In this document: piece by piece, positions 16,354 through 25,675 of the stretch
Numbering within the stretch: the first letter of the stretch is position 1
How the letters are laid out: every line of letters begins with the position of its first letter
Source of the DNA: Chloroflexota bacterium
GTDB lineage: Bacteria; Chloroflexota; Anaerolineae; Anaerolineales; UBA11579
Assembly: GCA_016191875.1 (NCBI GenBank)
Contig: JACPVG010000013.1
Location: 25,715 to 89,714 of the forward strand
Direction of reading: 5' to 3'
DNA length: 64,000 nucleotides
Notes under the pieces: generated by a model
Seen by the model: only the letters and a program-made list of their open reading frames with translations
Told to the model about the DNA's origin: nothing
Database searches by the model: none
Program-made: the position numbers and the translations under genes

Positions 16354-17808
16354 ATGCCCATTCATTTCGGCACCGACGGCTGGCGGGCCGTCATCTCCGA
16401 TACATTCACGTACTCCAACCTGCGGCTGGTGACGCAGGCCATCGCCGACGCGCTGGTGGCCGAGCGGCGCAACACCGGCTCGCTGGCGCAGAACGAACCC
16501 GCCCACATGGTGGTGGGTTTCGACACCCGCTTCCTTTCCGACCGCTACGCCCAGGAGGTGGCGCGGGTGATGGCCGCCAACGGCTTCCACGTCTGGCTGG
16601 CGCAATCGGACAGCCCAACCCCGGCCATCTCGTACGCGGTCAAGAACCTGGGAGCGGCGGCCGGCGTGATGATCACCGCCAGCCATAACGCGCCGCGCTA
16701 CAACGGCGTCAAGCTGAAGAGCGCCGACGGAGCCTCGGCCCCGCGCGAGCAGTGCCGCCGGGTGGAGGTGTACCTGAACGATAACGAAAGCCGCAGCCGC
16801 GGCCCGAACCAGATGGATTACGATGTGGCACGCGAGCAGAAACTCATCGAGGCGTTCAACCCCATCCCGGCCTACTACCAGCACCTGCGGACGCTGATCG
16901 ACTTCGACGCCATTGCCGAGAACCCGCTGCACGTGGTGGTCGACTCGATGTACGGGTCGGGTCGGGGGGTGATCAAGGGCATCCTGCAGGGGAGCGGCTG
17001 CGAGGTGCACGAAATCCGCGGTGAGATGAATCCTGGTTTCGGCGGAGTGCACCCGGAGCCGATCACCCGCTACCTGGGCGCGCTGGCGGGGGCCATCGCC
17101 CAGGGCAGGGGCGCGCTGGGCCTGGCGACCGACGGCGACGCCGACCGCATCGGGGCGATGGACGAGCGCGGCAACTTCATCGACCCGCACAAGATCATGG
17201 CGCTGACATTCAAGCACCTGGTGGAGACGCGCGGCCTGACCGGCGCGGCGGTGCGCACGGTCTCGACCACGCGCATGATCGACCGGCTGGCGAAGAAATA
17301 CGGCCTGCCGGTGCATGAGACGCCGGTGGGCTTCAACCACATCGCCGACCTGATGCTGAGCGACGACGTGCTCATCGGCGGCGAAGAATCGGGCGGCATC
17401 TCGTTCAAGGGCCACATCCCTGAGGGCGATGGCGTATTGATGGCCCTGATGTTGCTGGAGATCGTGGCGACCGGCGGCGGTTCGCTCTACGAACTGGTGG
17501 AGGCGCTGCTCAAAGAGGTGGGTCCGGCGCACTATGCCCGCACTGACCTGCGGCTGAAGCGGCCGGTGGAGAAAGACGAGATGACCGCCCGGCTGGCCGA
17601 GGAGGCGCCCGCGGCTATCGGCGGGGAGGCGGTGGCCGAGGTGCTGACCAACGACGGCTGCAAGTACGTGCTGACCGACGATTCGTGGCTGCTCATACGC
17701 CCTTCTGGAACGGAACCGGTGGTGCGGGTGTACGCCGAGGGGCGCAGCCCGGAGATGGTGCAGGCGCTCCTGGACTACGGCGAACAGGTGGCGCAGGGCG
17801 CGGCGTGA
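16354..17808 (+). CDS. Phosphoglucomutase/phosphomannomutase family (alpha-D-phosphohexomutase)
   Basis: Active-site loop TASHNAPRYNGVKL, metal loop DGDADR and sugar loop GEESGG. An extended -10, TGATAGAAT, lies at 16315-16323. Confidence 0.9.
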   Translation: MPIHFGTDGWRAVISDTFTYSNLRLVTQAIADALVAERRNTGSLAQNEPAHMVVGFDTRFLSDRYAQEVARVMAANGFHVWLAQSDSPTPAISYAVKNLGAAAGVMITASHNAPRYNGVKLKSADGASAPREQCRRVEVYLNDNESRSRGPNQMDYDVAREQKLIEAFNPIPAYYQHLRTLIDFDAIAENPLHVVVDSMYGSGRGVIKGILQGSGCEVHEIRGEMNPGFGGVHPEPITRYLGALAGAIAQGRGALGLATDGDADRIGAMDERGNFIDPHKIMALTFKHLVETRGLTGAAVRTVSTTRMIDRLAKKYGLPVHETPVGFNHIADLMLSDDVLIGGEESGGISFKGHIPEGDGVLMALMLLEIVATGGGSLYELVEALLKEVGPAHYARTDLRLKRPVEKDEMTARLAEEAPAAIGGEAVAEVLTNDGCKYVLTDDSWLLIRPSGTEPVVRVYAEGRSPEMVQALLDYGEQVAQGAA

Positions 17809-17821
17809 GGCGGGACGTCTG

Positions 17822-18957
17822 ATGCCCGGGCCCTCCCAGGCCGGGCACTTGCGAGAACTGGCGGCGCTGTTCGTGCGGCTGGGGTTCACCGCCTTTGGCG
17901 GGCCGGCGGCGCACATCGCCATGCTGCGCGACGAAGTCGTGGCGCGGCGGCAATGGCTGACCGACGAGAAATTCCTCGACCTGCTGGGGGCGACGAACCT
18001 GATCCCCGGCCCCAATTCCACCGAAATAGCCTTGCACATCGGCCACCGGCGGGCGGGCCTGCCCGGTCTGCTCATCGCCGGGGCCGGGTTCATCCTGCCA
18101 GCGGTTGGAATCGTGCTGGCGCTGGCGTGGGCCTACGCCCGCTGGGGCGGCCTGCCAGAGATGGGCTGGCTGCTGTACGGCGTGAAGCCGGTCGTTATCG
18201 CCATCATCCTGGTAGCGCTGTGGGAACTGGGCCGGAAGGCCATCAGGAACAGCTGGGGGCTGGCGCTCTGCGCGGGAATCTTCGGCCTGTATCTGCTGGG
18301 TTGGAACGAGATCCTGCTGCTGGCGCTGGGCGGGGCGGCCGTATTGGCGGCGCGTCGGACGCCGATCAGCCTTAAGGGCCTGGGCACGGTTCTGGCGTTT
18401 CCGGCGCTATCCGCTGGAGGGGCGGCGGGTTCCCCGATCCTGGCGTTGTTCCTCATCTTCCTCAAGATGGCTCGGTGCTGTACGGCAGCGGTTATGTGCT
18501 GCTGGCGTTCCTGCGGGCGGACTTCGTGCTGCGGCTGGGTTGGCTGACGGACGCCCAGTTGATCGATGCAGTGGCAGTGGGGCAGGTGACGCCCGGGCCG
18601 GTGTTCACCACGGCCACGTTCGTGGGCTACCTGATCGGCGGGCTGCCGGGAGCGCTGGCCGCCACGGTGGGAATCTTCCTGCCATCCTTCGTTCTTGTGC
18701 TGGCGACCAACGGGCTCATCCCGCGCCTGAGGAACTCGACCGCGCTCGGCGCGCTGCTGGACGGGGTGAACACGGCTTCGCTGGCGCTGATGGCGGCGGT
18801 GACGCTGCAACTGGGGCGGGCGGCGCTGGTGGATATCTGGACCGGGGGGTTGGGCGCGCTGACGCTGTACCTGATTCTGCGCTACAAGGTCAATACGACC
18901 TGGCTGGTTCTGGGAGGTCTGGCATTCGGGCTGGCGCGAGCATGGTTCGGCTTCTGA
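17822..18957 (+). pseudogene. chrA: Chromate transporter ChrA (long-chain CHR), interrupted by a 1-nt frameshift near 18467-18472
   Basis: The two track ORFs (17822-18547 and 18475-18957) are the two homologous CHR halves in different frames. The total span of 1136 nt is not a multiple of 3. One extra G after ATG 18467-18469 would give ...LIFLKMGSVLYGSGYVLLAF..., restoring a continuous second-half N-terminal motif. Confidence 0.7.
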
Positions 18958-18989
18958 ACGCGAAATTCGGGCGGCCACAAGGGCCGTCC

Positions 18990-19688
18990 CTACGTCATGC
19001 GGTCCAGGTTCAGTTCATTGAGCGCGAACACCGGGCCGTCGGCGCAGGCCAGTCGCCATTTGCCGCGCCCGGCGGGCACGGCGCAGATGCCGCATTCGGC
19101 CAGCCCGCCGCAGGGCATGGAGGTCTCGATGAGAACTTCGGCATGCCGGGGAAGGGCGGCGCGCGTTTCGGCGGGCAAAGCTTCGAGAGCGGCCAGCGGG
19201 CCATCCAACGCCAGGTGGTCCGCCCAGCGCAGGGCGTCCGGCAGGGCGGCCAGCGGGCCGGCCTCCAGGCTGGCGGGCAGGCGCGGCAGGGGGGCGTCGG
19301 TGAACAGAGCGACCTCGCCGCCGGAATCCAGGGCGTGCAAGGCGAGGGGCATCAGGCGGGCGGCGTGCGCGCCAAGGGCGACCAGCGCGAGGCGGCGCGC
19401 CCCGGCGGGCAGGGAAAAGCCGCGCCCCGACGGGCCGCGCACGTGCAGTTCCGTGCCTGGCTGCCAGTGGGCCGGGAAGGGCGGCGCGGCGGTGAAGCCG
19501 CGGCCGTGCTGCGCATAGCCCGCAGCGAAAAGCGGGACAGCCAGTGCAGAATCGATGTCGGACGGGTTGTGGGCCAGCAGATAGCGGCCGGGAGCGGGCA
19601 CGGCTTCCGCCGGGCAGGCGACCATCGCCCGCGGGAAGCCGTCGTCCTCGAGGCGTATTTCGACGATGTGCGCTTGCGCGGCCGGCAT
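18990..19688 (-). CDS. PyrK-like oxidoreductase (ferredoxin-reductase-like fold with a C-terminal 2Fe-2S Cys cluster)
   Basis: Start chosen at ATG 19688 (MPAAQAHIVEI). The C-terminal MPCGGLAECGICAV...ACADGPVF matches the PyrK Cys motif. No pyrD is adjacent. Confidence 0.6.
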   Translation of the reverse strand: MPAAQAHIVEIRLEDDGFPRAMVACPAEAVPAPGRYLLAHNPSDIDSALAVPLFAAGYAQHGRGFTAAPPFPAHWQPGTELHVRGPSGRGFSLPAGARRLALVALGAHAARLMPLALHALDSGGEVALFTDAPLPRLPASLEAGPLAALPDALRWADHLALDGPLAALEALPAETRAALPRHAEVLIETSMPCGGLAECGICAVPAGRGKWRLACADGPVFALNELNLDRMT

Positions 19689-19816
19689 GCCGGAGATGGT
19701 ATCACAGGGCGGTTGCCGGGTTGGGAGAGAAAAAACCTGCCTGGCACAAAGAGCCCAAGATCTCAAGGCAAGTCTAAGTATGCCTGACAAAACCCGGATA
19801 ACGAGCGTTCGGAGGT

Positions 19817-19840
19817 AGGGGCGCAGCATGTTGCGCCCCT
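19817..19840. repeat. Palindromic element AGGGGCGCA-gcatgt-TGCGCCCCT
   Basis: A perfect 9-bp stem in the divergent promoter region. Confidence 0.6.
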
Positions 19841-19984
19841 GTGAAGGGATGTGATGATCCACAGAGGGCGGTTTAGGGCGCAGGCTATTACACCATGGTT
19901 TCCGGGATGCGCGGCAGGAGTGAAGAGGTTATATAATCAAATGGATTAGATTCCCCTTTCATTCTATTCAGGAGGTAGGTAAAG

Positions 19985-21037
19985 ATGGCACTGATTGCTT
20001 TGCTTCGTGCGCTGGCCGGATTCTCATGGCTGGCCGTGATCGGCGTCATCGGGTTGTTGGTGGCGCGAGCGGCGCGCAACAACCCGATGCGCGGCGGCTG
20101 GACGATGGTGCTCGGCACGCTGATCGCGGCTGTTTTACTCAATACGCTTTCTCTGGGCCTGGTGTTCATCGAACCCAACGAACGCGGCGTGGTCGTCTCG
20201 GCGGTGCCAGGGGCGCAGGGCGTGCGCCAGGAAGCCCTGCAGCCCGGCCTGAACTGGATCGTCCCGTTCTTCGACCGGGTGGTGACGTACTCCATTTCAC
20301 GGCAGACCTACACAATGTCGATTTCGCCGGAGGAAGGCGCCATCCGCGGGGATGACTCCGTGGAAGCCCGTACGGCGGACGGCCAGGTGGTCTATGTGGA
20401 CGCGTCAATCATCTTCGCCATCAACCCGGCCAGGGTGGTCGACCTGCACATCGACTGGCAGAACACGTACGTGGACGGCCTGGTGCGCACGCTGACGCGC
20501 GGCGTCATCCGCAATGCCGTGTCCACCTTCGGCATCGAAGAAGTCTACAGCGTTGAACGCCTGACGCTGACCAACAACATCCGGACGGAACTGGAAGGCA
20601 AACTAGCGAACGAAGGCCTGATCCTGGTGGACTTCGTGCTGCGCAACATCGCCTTCTCCGACGAGTACGCCGCCTCGGTGGAAGCCAAGCAGGTGGCCGA
20701 GCAGCTGGCCCAGCAGGCGGCCTTCGTCGTCGAGCAGCGCCGCCAGGAGGCCGAGCAGGCCCGTCAGGTGGCGCAAGGCTCTGCGGATGCGGCGGTGATC
20801 GCGGCGCAGGGGGCGGCGGACGCGCTCATTATCCGGGCGCAGGCGGAGGCGGAGGCGCGCATCATTCAGGCTGAGGCGGAGGCGGAAGCCCTGCGGCTGC
20901 TGGGCGAGGCGCTGGCGGAGTTCCCGCAGGTTCTGCAATTGCAGTACATCGAGAAACTCTCGCCCAACATCACGGTGATGCTGCTGCCCAACGACAACCC
21001 GTTCATCATCCCGCTGCCGGACTTCAGCACGCCGTAA
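19985..21037 (+). CDS. SPFH/band 7 (prohibitin/HflC-like) membrane protein
   Basis: An N-terminal TM is followed by the SPFH core (ERGVVVS...LQPGLNWIVPFFDRVV) and an Ala/Glu-rich coiled C-terminus. TATAAT lies at 19932-19937. Confidence 0.85.
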   Translation: MALIALLRALAGFSWLAVIGVIGLLVARAARNNPMRGGWTMVLGTLIAAVLLNTLSLGLVFIEPNERGVVVSAVPGAQGVRQEALQPGLNWIVPFFDRVVTYSISRQTYTMSISPEEGAIRGDDSVEARTADGQVVYVDASIIFAINPARVVDLHIDWQNTYVDGLVRTLTRGVIRNAVSTFGIEEVYSVERLTLTNNIRTELEGKLANEGLILVDFVLRNIAFSDEYAASVEAKQVAEQLAQQAAFVVEQRRQEAEQARQVAQGSADAAVIAAQGAADALIIRAQAEAEARIIQAEAEAEALRLLGEALAEFPQVLQLQYIEKLSPNITVMLLPNDNPFIIPLPDFSTP

Positions 21038-21072
21038 GGCGGAAATCTTCGCCGCGAGCGAATGTTACAATG

Positions 21073-21105
21073 ACGCCGCCGGAGGACCCGGCGGCGTTTT
21101 CGTTT
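21073..21105 (+). terminator. Intrinsic terminator after the SPFH gene
   Basis: Stem acgccgccgg 21073-21082 / ccggcggcgt 21088-21097, then TTTTCGTTT. Confidence 0.7.
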
Positions 21106-21149
21106 CAGCGGTGGGTTGACGCCCAACGTCTGAGAACCCTGAGGTAACG

Positions 21150-22217
21150 ATGAACGAGCAGGGAACATCGGGCCGGCAGGTGCGGCTGACGACGCTCTCG
21201 ACCTGCGCCGGTTGAGCCTCCAAGTTAAGCGCGGAGGCGCTGGCGCAGGTGCTGCGCCCGGTGAGAGAGGTCTTTGAGGGCCGGGACGCGCCCGACCTGC
21301 TGGTGGGGCTGGGCGCGCCGGACGACGCGGCCGTATGGCGGCTGGACGATTCGCGCGCCCTGGTGGTGACGACCGATTTCTTCACACCGGTGGTGGACGA
21401 CCCCTACGACTATGGGGCCATCGCGGCGGCCAACAGCCTTTCGGATGTGTACGCCATGGGCGGCAAGCCGTTCCTGGCGCTCAACGTGGCCGCCCTGCCG
21501 CCCGACCTGCCGCCGGAGGTAGGCGCGGAGATCCTGCGCGGCGGGGCGGAAAAGGCGCGCGAGGCGGGCGTGGTCATCGCCGGGGGGCACACGGTGCAGG
21601 ACAAGGAGCCGAAATACGGGTTGGTGGCGTTGGGGTTCGTTGACCCGCGCCGGGCGTTCACCAAGGGCGGGGTGAACGCCGGCGACGCGCTGGTATTGAC
21701 CAAGCCGCTGGGTTTCGGTGTGATGACCACAGCATTAAAACAGGAGTCAGCCCGGCCCGAGGATGTGGCCGAGGCGGTGGGCTGGATGAAACGGCTGAAC
21801 GACCGGGCGGCCGAACTGGGGTTGGAATTCGAGCTGCGGGGCGCGACCGACGTGACCGGCTTCAGCCTTTTAGGGCACGGGCTGGAAATGGCGCGCGCTT
21901 CGGGGGTCGGGCTGCGAATCGATTACGGTGCCGTGCCGTTCCTGAGCAGGGCGCAGGCGTATGCCCGGGCGTTCACGTTCCCGGGCGGGGCGCATGATAA
22001 CCGAAAATACTTTGGCGACGATGTCCGCTTTGCTGGAGATTTCGAAGAGTGGGAGCGGATGCTCTTGTTCGACCCGCAAACCAGCGGGGGGCTGCTGCTG
22101 GCCGTGCCGGCGGAGAAACTGGCGGCGTTACTGTCGCGGGCAAAGGAACGGGAACAGCCCGTGTGGGTGATCGGGGAGGCGGTAAAGGGTGAGGGAATTG
22201 AGGTAAGGCGCGGGTAG
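21150..22217 (+). CDS. selD: Selenide, water dikinase (selenophosphate synthetase), a selenocysteine-containing form
   Basis: ATG 21150 follows GAGG. An in-frame TGA at 21213-21215 gives VRLTTLSTCAG-U-ASKLSAEAL, aligned to the GCG(C/U)K active-site loop. The track ORF starts only at 21249. Downstream are TTDFFTPVVDDPYDYG and SDVYAMGGKP. Confidence 0.9.
21216..21258 (+). promoter_or_regulatory. Candidate bacterial SECIS hairpin(s) immediately 3' of the selD UGA
   Basis: The first hairpin is gcctcc 21216-21221 / ggaggc 21233-21238 with an 11-nt loop. The second is ggcgcag 21242-21248 / ctgcgcc 21252-21258. Confidence 0.4.
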
Positions 22218-22224
22218 GGCTTCA

Positions 22225-22251
22225 CCCCCCCTCCGGAATTCCGGAGAGGGG
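22225..22251. terminator. Palindrome between convergent selD and arsR-family genes
   Basis: cccccctccggaattccggagagggg, a near-perfect palindrome centred on GAATTC. Confidence 0.55.
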
Positions 22252-22292
22252 AGTTGAGCGCAGCGTGACGGGGTGGGGGAGAACCGCCCTGT

Positions 22293-22856
22293 TTACTTCT
22301 CCACACACCAGTAGATGCCTTTGTCGCGAGCCAGCAGGTTGAACTCGATCAGGTAGCGGCGCAGGCTGGCGAAGTCCTCGTTGAAATCCAGCAGGATGTG
22401 ATTGACCTCGCGTTCCTCGTATTTGCGGCCGGGTTCGAACTCGGCCGCGATGGTTTCGAGGATGATCTGCACCTTCTTGCGTTGGGAGGGAATCTGTGTC
22501 AGGCGGCCGTGCTTGAAAAAAGTGTGCAGCACTTTGGCGCGGAAGGCATCTTGCTCAACGCCGGTCGATAACGTTTCCTGGGGCATCTGTACCATCTCCA
22601 TAAGGGTCTTCTTGAGCAGGTCGCCGCGCAGCGAATAGACCTGGTAGTACTGCTCCTTGCGCGGCGTGACCAACCCGGCCTCGGCCAGTTTGGCGAGGTG
22701 GTGGGACACGGTGGCCGGGTTGAGCGAGAGGATGGCCGCCAGCTCCTCGCCATGGCGGGAATGCTCGCGCATCAGGTTGAGCATCAGCAGGCGCGCCGGG
22801 TGGCCGAGGGCCTTGAACAGGGCGGCGCGTTGGGCGAGGTTCTTCTCGTGGTTCAT
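22293..22856 (-). CDS. ArsR-family wHTH transcriptional regulator with a C-terminal DUF2087-like domain
   Basis: LFKALGHPARLLMLNLM...ELAAILSLNPATVSHHLAKLAEAGLV; the C-terminus reads REVNHILLDFNEDFASLRRYLIE. Confidence 0.8.
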   Translation of the reverse strand: MNHEKNLAQRAALFKALGHPARLLMLNLMREHSRHGEELAAILSLNPATVSHHLAKLAEAGLVTPRKEQYYQVYSLRGDLLKKTLMEMVQMPQETLSTGVEQDAFRAKVLHTFFKHGRLTQIPSQRKKVQIILETIAAEFEPGRKYEEREVNHILLDFNEDFASLRRYLIEFNLLARDKGIYWCVEK

Positions 22857-23119
22857 GGCATTCTCCAGGCATCGTTGCCGGTAATTCGCCGGTAGCAGTC
22901 GTTGAACATGCTGCGGGCGTTGATCATCACGCCGTGTTTCAGGCGCTCCTTAAGCAGGTTTTCTTCATCCGTCAGGGCTTTGAACAGCTCGATCTCGGCG
23001 GCGGCGCGTTCCACGTAGGCGGCCGTCAACGCATCGAAGGCGCGGGCGAGTTTCTGCACCTCCGGGTCGTCCGAGGCGTAGATGGCGTCGAGAGTTTTTT
23101 GAAGCGCTTTGTAGTCCAT
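22853..23119 (-). CDS. Hypothetical helical protein, translationally coupled to the ArsR-family gene
   Basis: 88 aa with an ATGA overlap at 22853-22856. No motif was recognised. Confidence 0.5.
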   Translation of the reverse strand: MDYKALQKTLDAIYASDDPEVQKLARAFDALTAAYVERAAAEIELFKALTDEENLLKERLKHGVMINARSMFNDCYRRITGNDAWRMP

Positions 23120-23133
23120 GGCAGCACCGAAAA

Positions 23134-23166
23134 AATGGTAATTGGTAACAATAATTTGTAATTAGA
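23134..23166. repeat. Degenerate heptamer tract (AATGGTA ATTGGTA ...)
   Basis: Read directly. It shares the TGGTA word with the tracts at 13765, 16182 and 4247-4545. Confidence 0.5.
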
Positions 23167-23247
23167 CGAATGTCAAAACAGATTGTATTATTTGATTTTA
23201 TATTTGTCAAATTAGAAATTGTTGAGAAAGGCCCGTATAATCTTCGC

Positions 23248-23805
23248 ATGGAGACGCTGGTCTTTATCAGCCATGCCCAACCGGAAGCAGACAGCACCGC
23301 CCCGGCCAGCGAATGGCGGCTGTCGCACGCCGGGCGTGAGGCGGCGCGTGCGCGGGCGGAAGAATTGCGCTCGCTGGGACTCACGCGGCTGTTCTCCTCG
23401 CTGGAACCGAAAGCAGTCGAGACGGCTCGCATCCTGGGGCAGGCGCTGGGCGTGCCGAGCGGATTCGCCGCCGGGCTGCACGAACACGACCGCAGCAACC
23501 TGGGCTTCCTGCCCGCGCCGGAACGGTTCGAAGCGCTGGTGCGGGACCTGTTCCAGAAGCCCGGCGAGCGCGTCTTCGGGCTGGAAAGCGCCGACGAGGC
23601 GCATTCCCGGTTCCGGGCGGCGGTGGAACGGCTGGCGGCCCAATACCGGGAGGACACGCTCGGCATCGTCTCGCACGGCACGGTGATCAGCCTGCTGGTC
23701 AGCCGCGCCAACGGGCTGGACGGGTTCGAGTTCTGGAAGGGAATGCAGATGCCGGATCATTTCGTTCTCGCACTTCCCAATTTCGTTCTGGTGAGGAGCC
23801 GCTAA
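23248..23805 (+). CDS. Histidine phosphatase family protein (phosphoglycerate mutase-like)
   Basis: Start at ATG 23248, 6 nt after TATAAT 23236-23241 (leaderless). Sequence: LVFISHAQPE...EWRLSHAGREAA...IVSHGTVISLL. Confidence 0.75.
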   Translation: METLVFISHAQPEADSTAPASEWRLSHAGREAARARAEELRSLGLTRLFSSLEPKAVETARILGQALGVPSGFAAGLHEHDRSNLGFLPAPERFEALVRDLFQKPGERVFGLESADEAHSRFRAAVERLAAQYREDTLGIVSHGTVISLLVSRANGLDGFEFWKGMQMPDHFVLALPNFVLVRSR

Positions 23806-25442
23806 TGCACTACGACGCCGTGATGGCCTTTCATTCACGCCGCTCGCCGGTGGTGGGGCGCGGCGGCATGACGGCTACCAGCCAGCCGCTGGCGGCGGCC
23901 GCGGGACTGGCCGCGCTGCGGGCGGGCGGCAACGCCGCCGATGCGGCCGTGGCGACCGCCGCGGCCCTCAACGTCACCGAGCCGACCAGCACGGGCATCG
24001 GCGGGGATTGCTTTGCGCTGTTCTACGACGCGAAAACCAGGCGGGTCACGGCGTTGAACGGCTCCGGGCGTGCCCCGCAAGGACTGACGCTGGAACTCCT
24101 CAAAAAGCAGGGTTTTGGCGGCGGCCTGCCACCCTACCACGCCCACACCGTCACTGTGCCGGGCGCGGCGGCGGGCTGGCACGACCTGGTGGAGCGGCAC
24201 GGGCGGCTGGCATTGGCGGAGGTGCTGGCGCCGGCCATCCGGCTGGCCGAGGAGGGCTACCCGGTCGCGCCGGTGACCGCCTATTACTGGGGGCGCGGCG
24301 CGGAGGCCCAACTGCGCCAGGCTGCCAACGGCGACGAACTGCTCATCGATGGGCGCGCCCCGCGGCCGGGCGAGGCCTTCCGCAACCCGGGGCTGGCGCG
24401 CGCGCTGCGGGCGCTGGCTGAGGGCGGCAAGGCGGCCTATTACCAGGGCGAGATCGCCGAAGCCATCGCTGCCGTTATACGGGAAGCGGGCGGCGTGATG
24501 AGCGCGGCCGACCTGGCGGCGCACGTCTCGACATGGGACGAGCCCATCAGCGTCGCGTACCGCGATTTCAGGGTATGGGAATGCCCGCCCAACGGTCAGG
24601 GGCTGGCGGCTTTGCTTGCCCTGAATGTACTTGAGGGGTTCGACCTGCGCGGCAAAGAAGCGCTGGGGATTGAACGCCTGCACCTGATGATCGAAGCCAT
24701 GCGGTTGGCGTTCGCCGACACGCGCTGGTTCGTAGCCGACCCGGCGACGAACCCGGCCCCCTTGGCGGATCTGCTGGCCAAGGGCTACGCCGCCGAGCGG
24801 CGCGCATTGATCAACCCGCGCCGGGCGACGCTCGACCAGACGCGCGGCACGCCGACGGGCAGCAGCGATACCGTCTACCTGACCGCGGTGGACGCCGAAG
24901 GCAACGCCTGTTCGTTCATCAACAGCAACTATTATGGCTTCGGCACCGGCATCGTGCCCAAGGGTTGGGGGTTCACGCTGCAAAACCGGGGCTACGGCTT
25001 CAGCCTGGACGCGCAGCACCCCAACGCGCTGGCGCCCGGCAAACGCCCCTACCACACCATCATCCCGGCGCTCATCACCCACGAGGACAGCGGCGACCTG
25101 TTCGCCAGTTACGGCGTGATGGGTGGGTTCATGCAGCCGCAGGGCCATATGCAGGTGGCGGTCGGGCTGATCGACGACCGGCTCGACCCGCAGGCGGCGC
25201 TCGATCGGCCGCGCTTCTGCATCGACGATGGCACGGCGGGCGGTGCGGTGGCGCTGGAAGAGGGCATTCCGGTGGAAACGATGTCGGCGCTGGCTCAGAT
25301 GGGGCATCCGGTGCGGCCGGCCAGCGGGATGGCGCGCACGCTCTTCGGGCGTGGGCAGGTCATCCTGCGTGACCGCGAAACGGGCGTGCTGTGGGGCGGC
25401 AGCGACCCGCGCGCAGACGGCTGCGCGATGGCGGAGAGTTGA
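23805..25442 (+). CDS. ggt: Gamma-glutamyltransferase family protein
   Basis: GGNAADAAVA, PTSTGIGGDCF and the autoprocessing-site region DTVYLTAVD. The start overlaps the upstream stop (TAATG). Confidence 0.9.
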   Translation: MHYDAVMAFHSRRSPVVGRGGMTATSQPLAAAAGLAALRAGGNAADAAVATAAALNVTEPTSTGIGGDCFALFYDAKTRRVTALNGSGRAPQGLTLELLKKQGFGGGLPPYHAHTVTVPGAAAGWHDLVERHGRLALAEVLAPAIRLAEEGYPVAPVTAYYWGRGAEAQLRQAANGDELLIDGRAPRPGEAFRNPGLARALRALAEGGKAAYYQGEIAEAIAAVIREAGGVMSAADLAAHVSTWDEPISVAYRDFRVWECPPNGQGLAALLALNVLEGFDLRGKEALGIERLHLMIEAMRLAFADTRWFVADPATNPAPLADLLAKGYAAERRALINPRRATLDQTRGTPTGSSDTVYLTAVDAEGNACSFINSNYYGFGTGIVPKGWGFTLQNRGYGFSLDAQHPNALAPGKRPYHTIIPALITHEDSGDLFASYGVMGGFMQPQGHMQVAVGLIDDRLDPQAALDRPRFCIDDGTAGGAVALEEGIPVETMSALAQMGHPVRPASGMARTLFGRGQVILRDRETGVLWGGSDPRADGCAMAES

Positions 25443-25443
25443 G

Positions 25444-25475
25444 GACAAGAAGCAGGCAGCAGAGAGCGAAGAGCG
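25444..25475. repeat. Degenerate heptamer tract (NNNNAGC)
   Basis: aggcagc agagagc gaagagc, immediately after the ggt stop. Confidence 0.5.
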
Positions 25476-25675
25476 GGCCAGGTCATCAAACGCTAAGGAT
25501 TTCTCAGCGCGTGAGCGGCGGCTTTATTGGCAGCGGATCTGCGCTCGGGGTGCAATGCGCTGGCTGGAATGAGGCGCGGTTGAAGGAAGGGTAACGGGAA
25601 AAGGGACATCCGCCCCTAGGCAGGAACCCAGCAACCAGTAGAATCGAGTCAGGCGATTTAGTGAAAGGATTCTCC

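Noticed and set aside
17822-18957. chrA as a natural pair of short-chain CHR genes.
   Set aside because: The conserved N-terminal motif of the second half straddles the frame change, and a single-base insertion restores one continuous ORF. It was kept as a frameshift or sequencing-error hypothesis but not fully excluded.
21064-21069. TACAAT as the selD promoter -10.
   Set aside because: It lies upstream of the SPFH gene terminator hairpin (21073-21105), so transcripts from it would terminate. No convincing selD promoter could be assigned.
21213-21215. TGA in selD as a premature stop or pseudogene, with the true start at GTG 21249.
   Set aside because: The upstream in-frame sequence supplies the conserved N-terminal glycine-rich loop with the UGA exactly at the catalytic Cys/Sec position, plus an SD and ATG at 21150. 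A start at 21249 would delete the active-site loop.
25661-25675. GTG 25661 as the ferritin start.
   Set aside because: ATG 25676 gives the canonical ferritin N-terminus (MLISEKL...), while the GTG lies only 16 nt from the TAGAAT box. This is a minor uncertainty.
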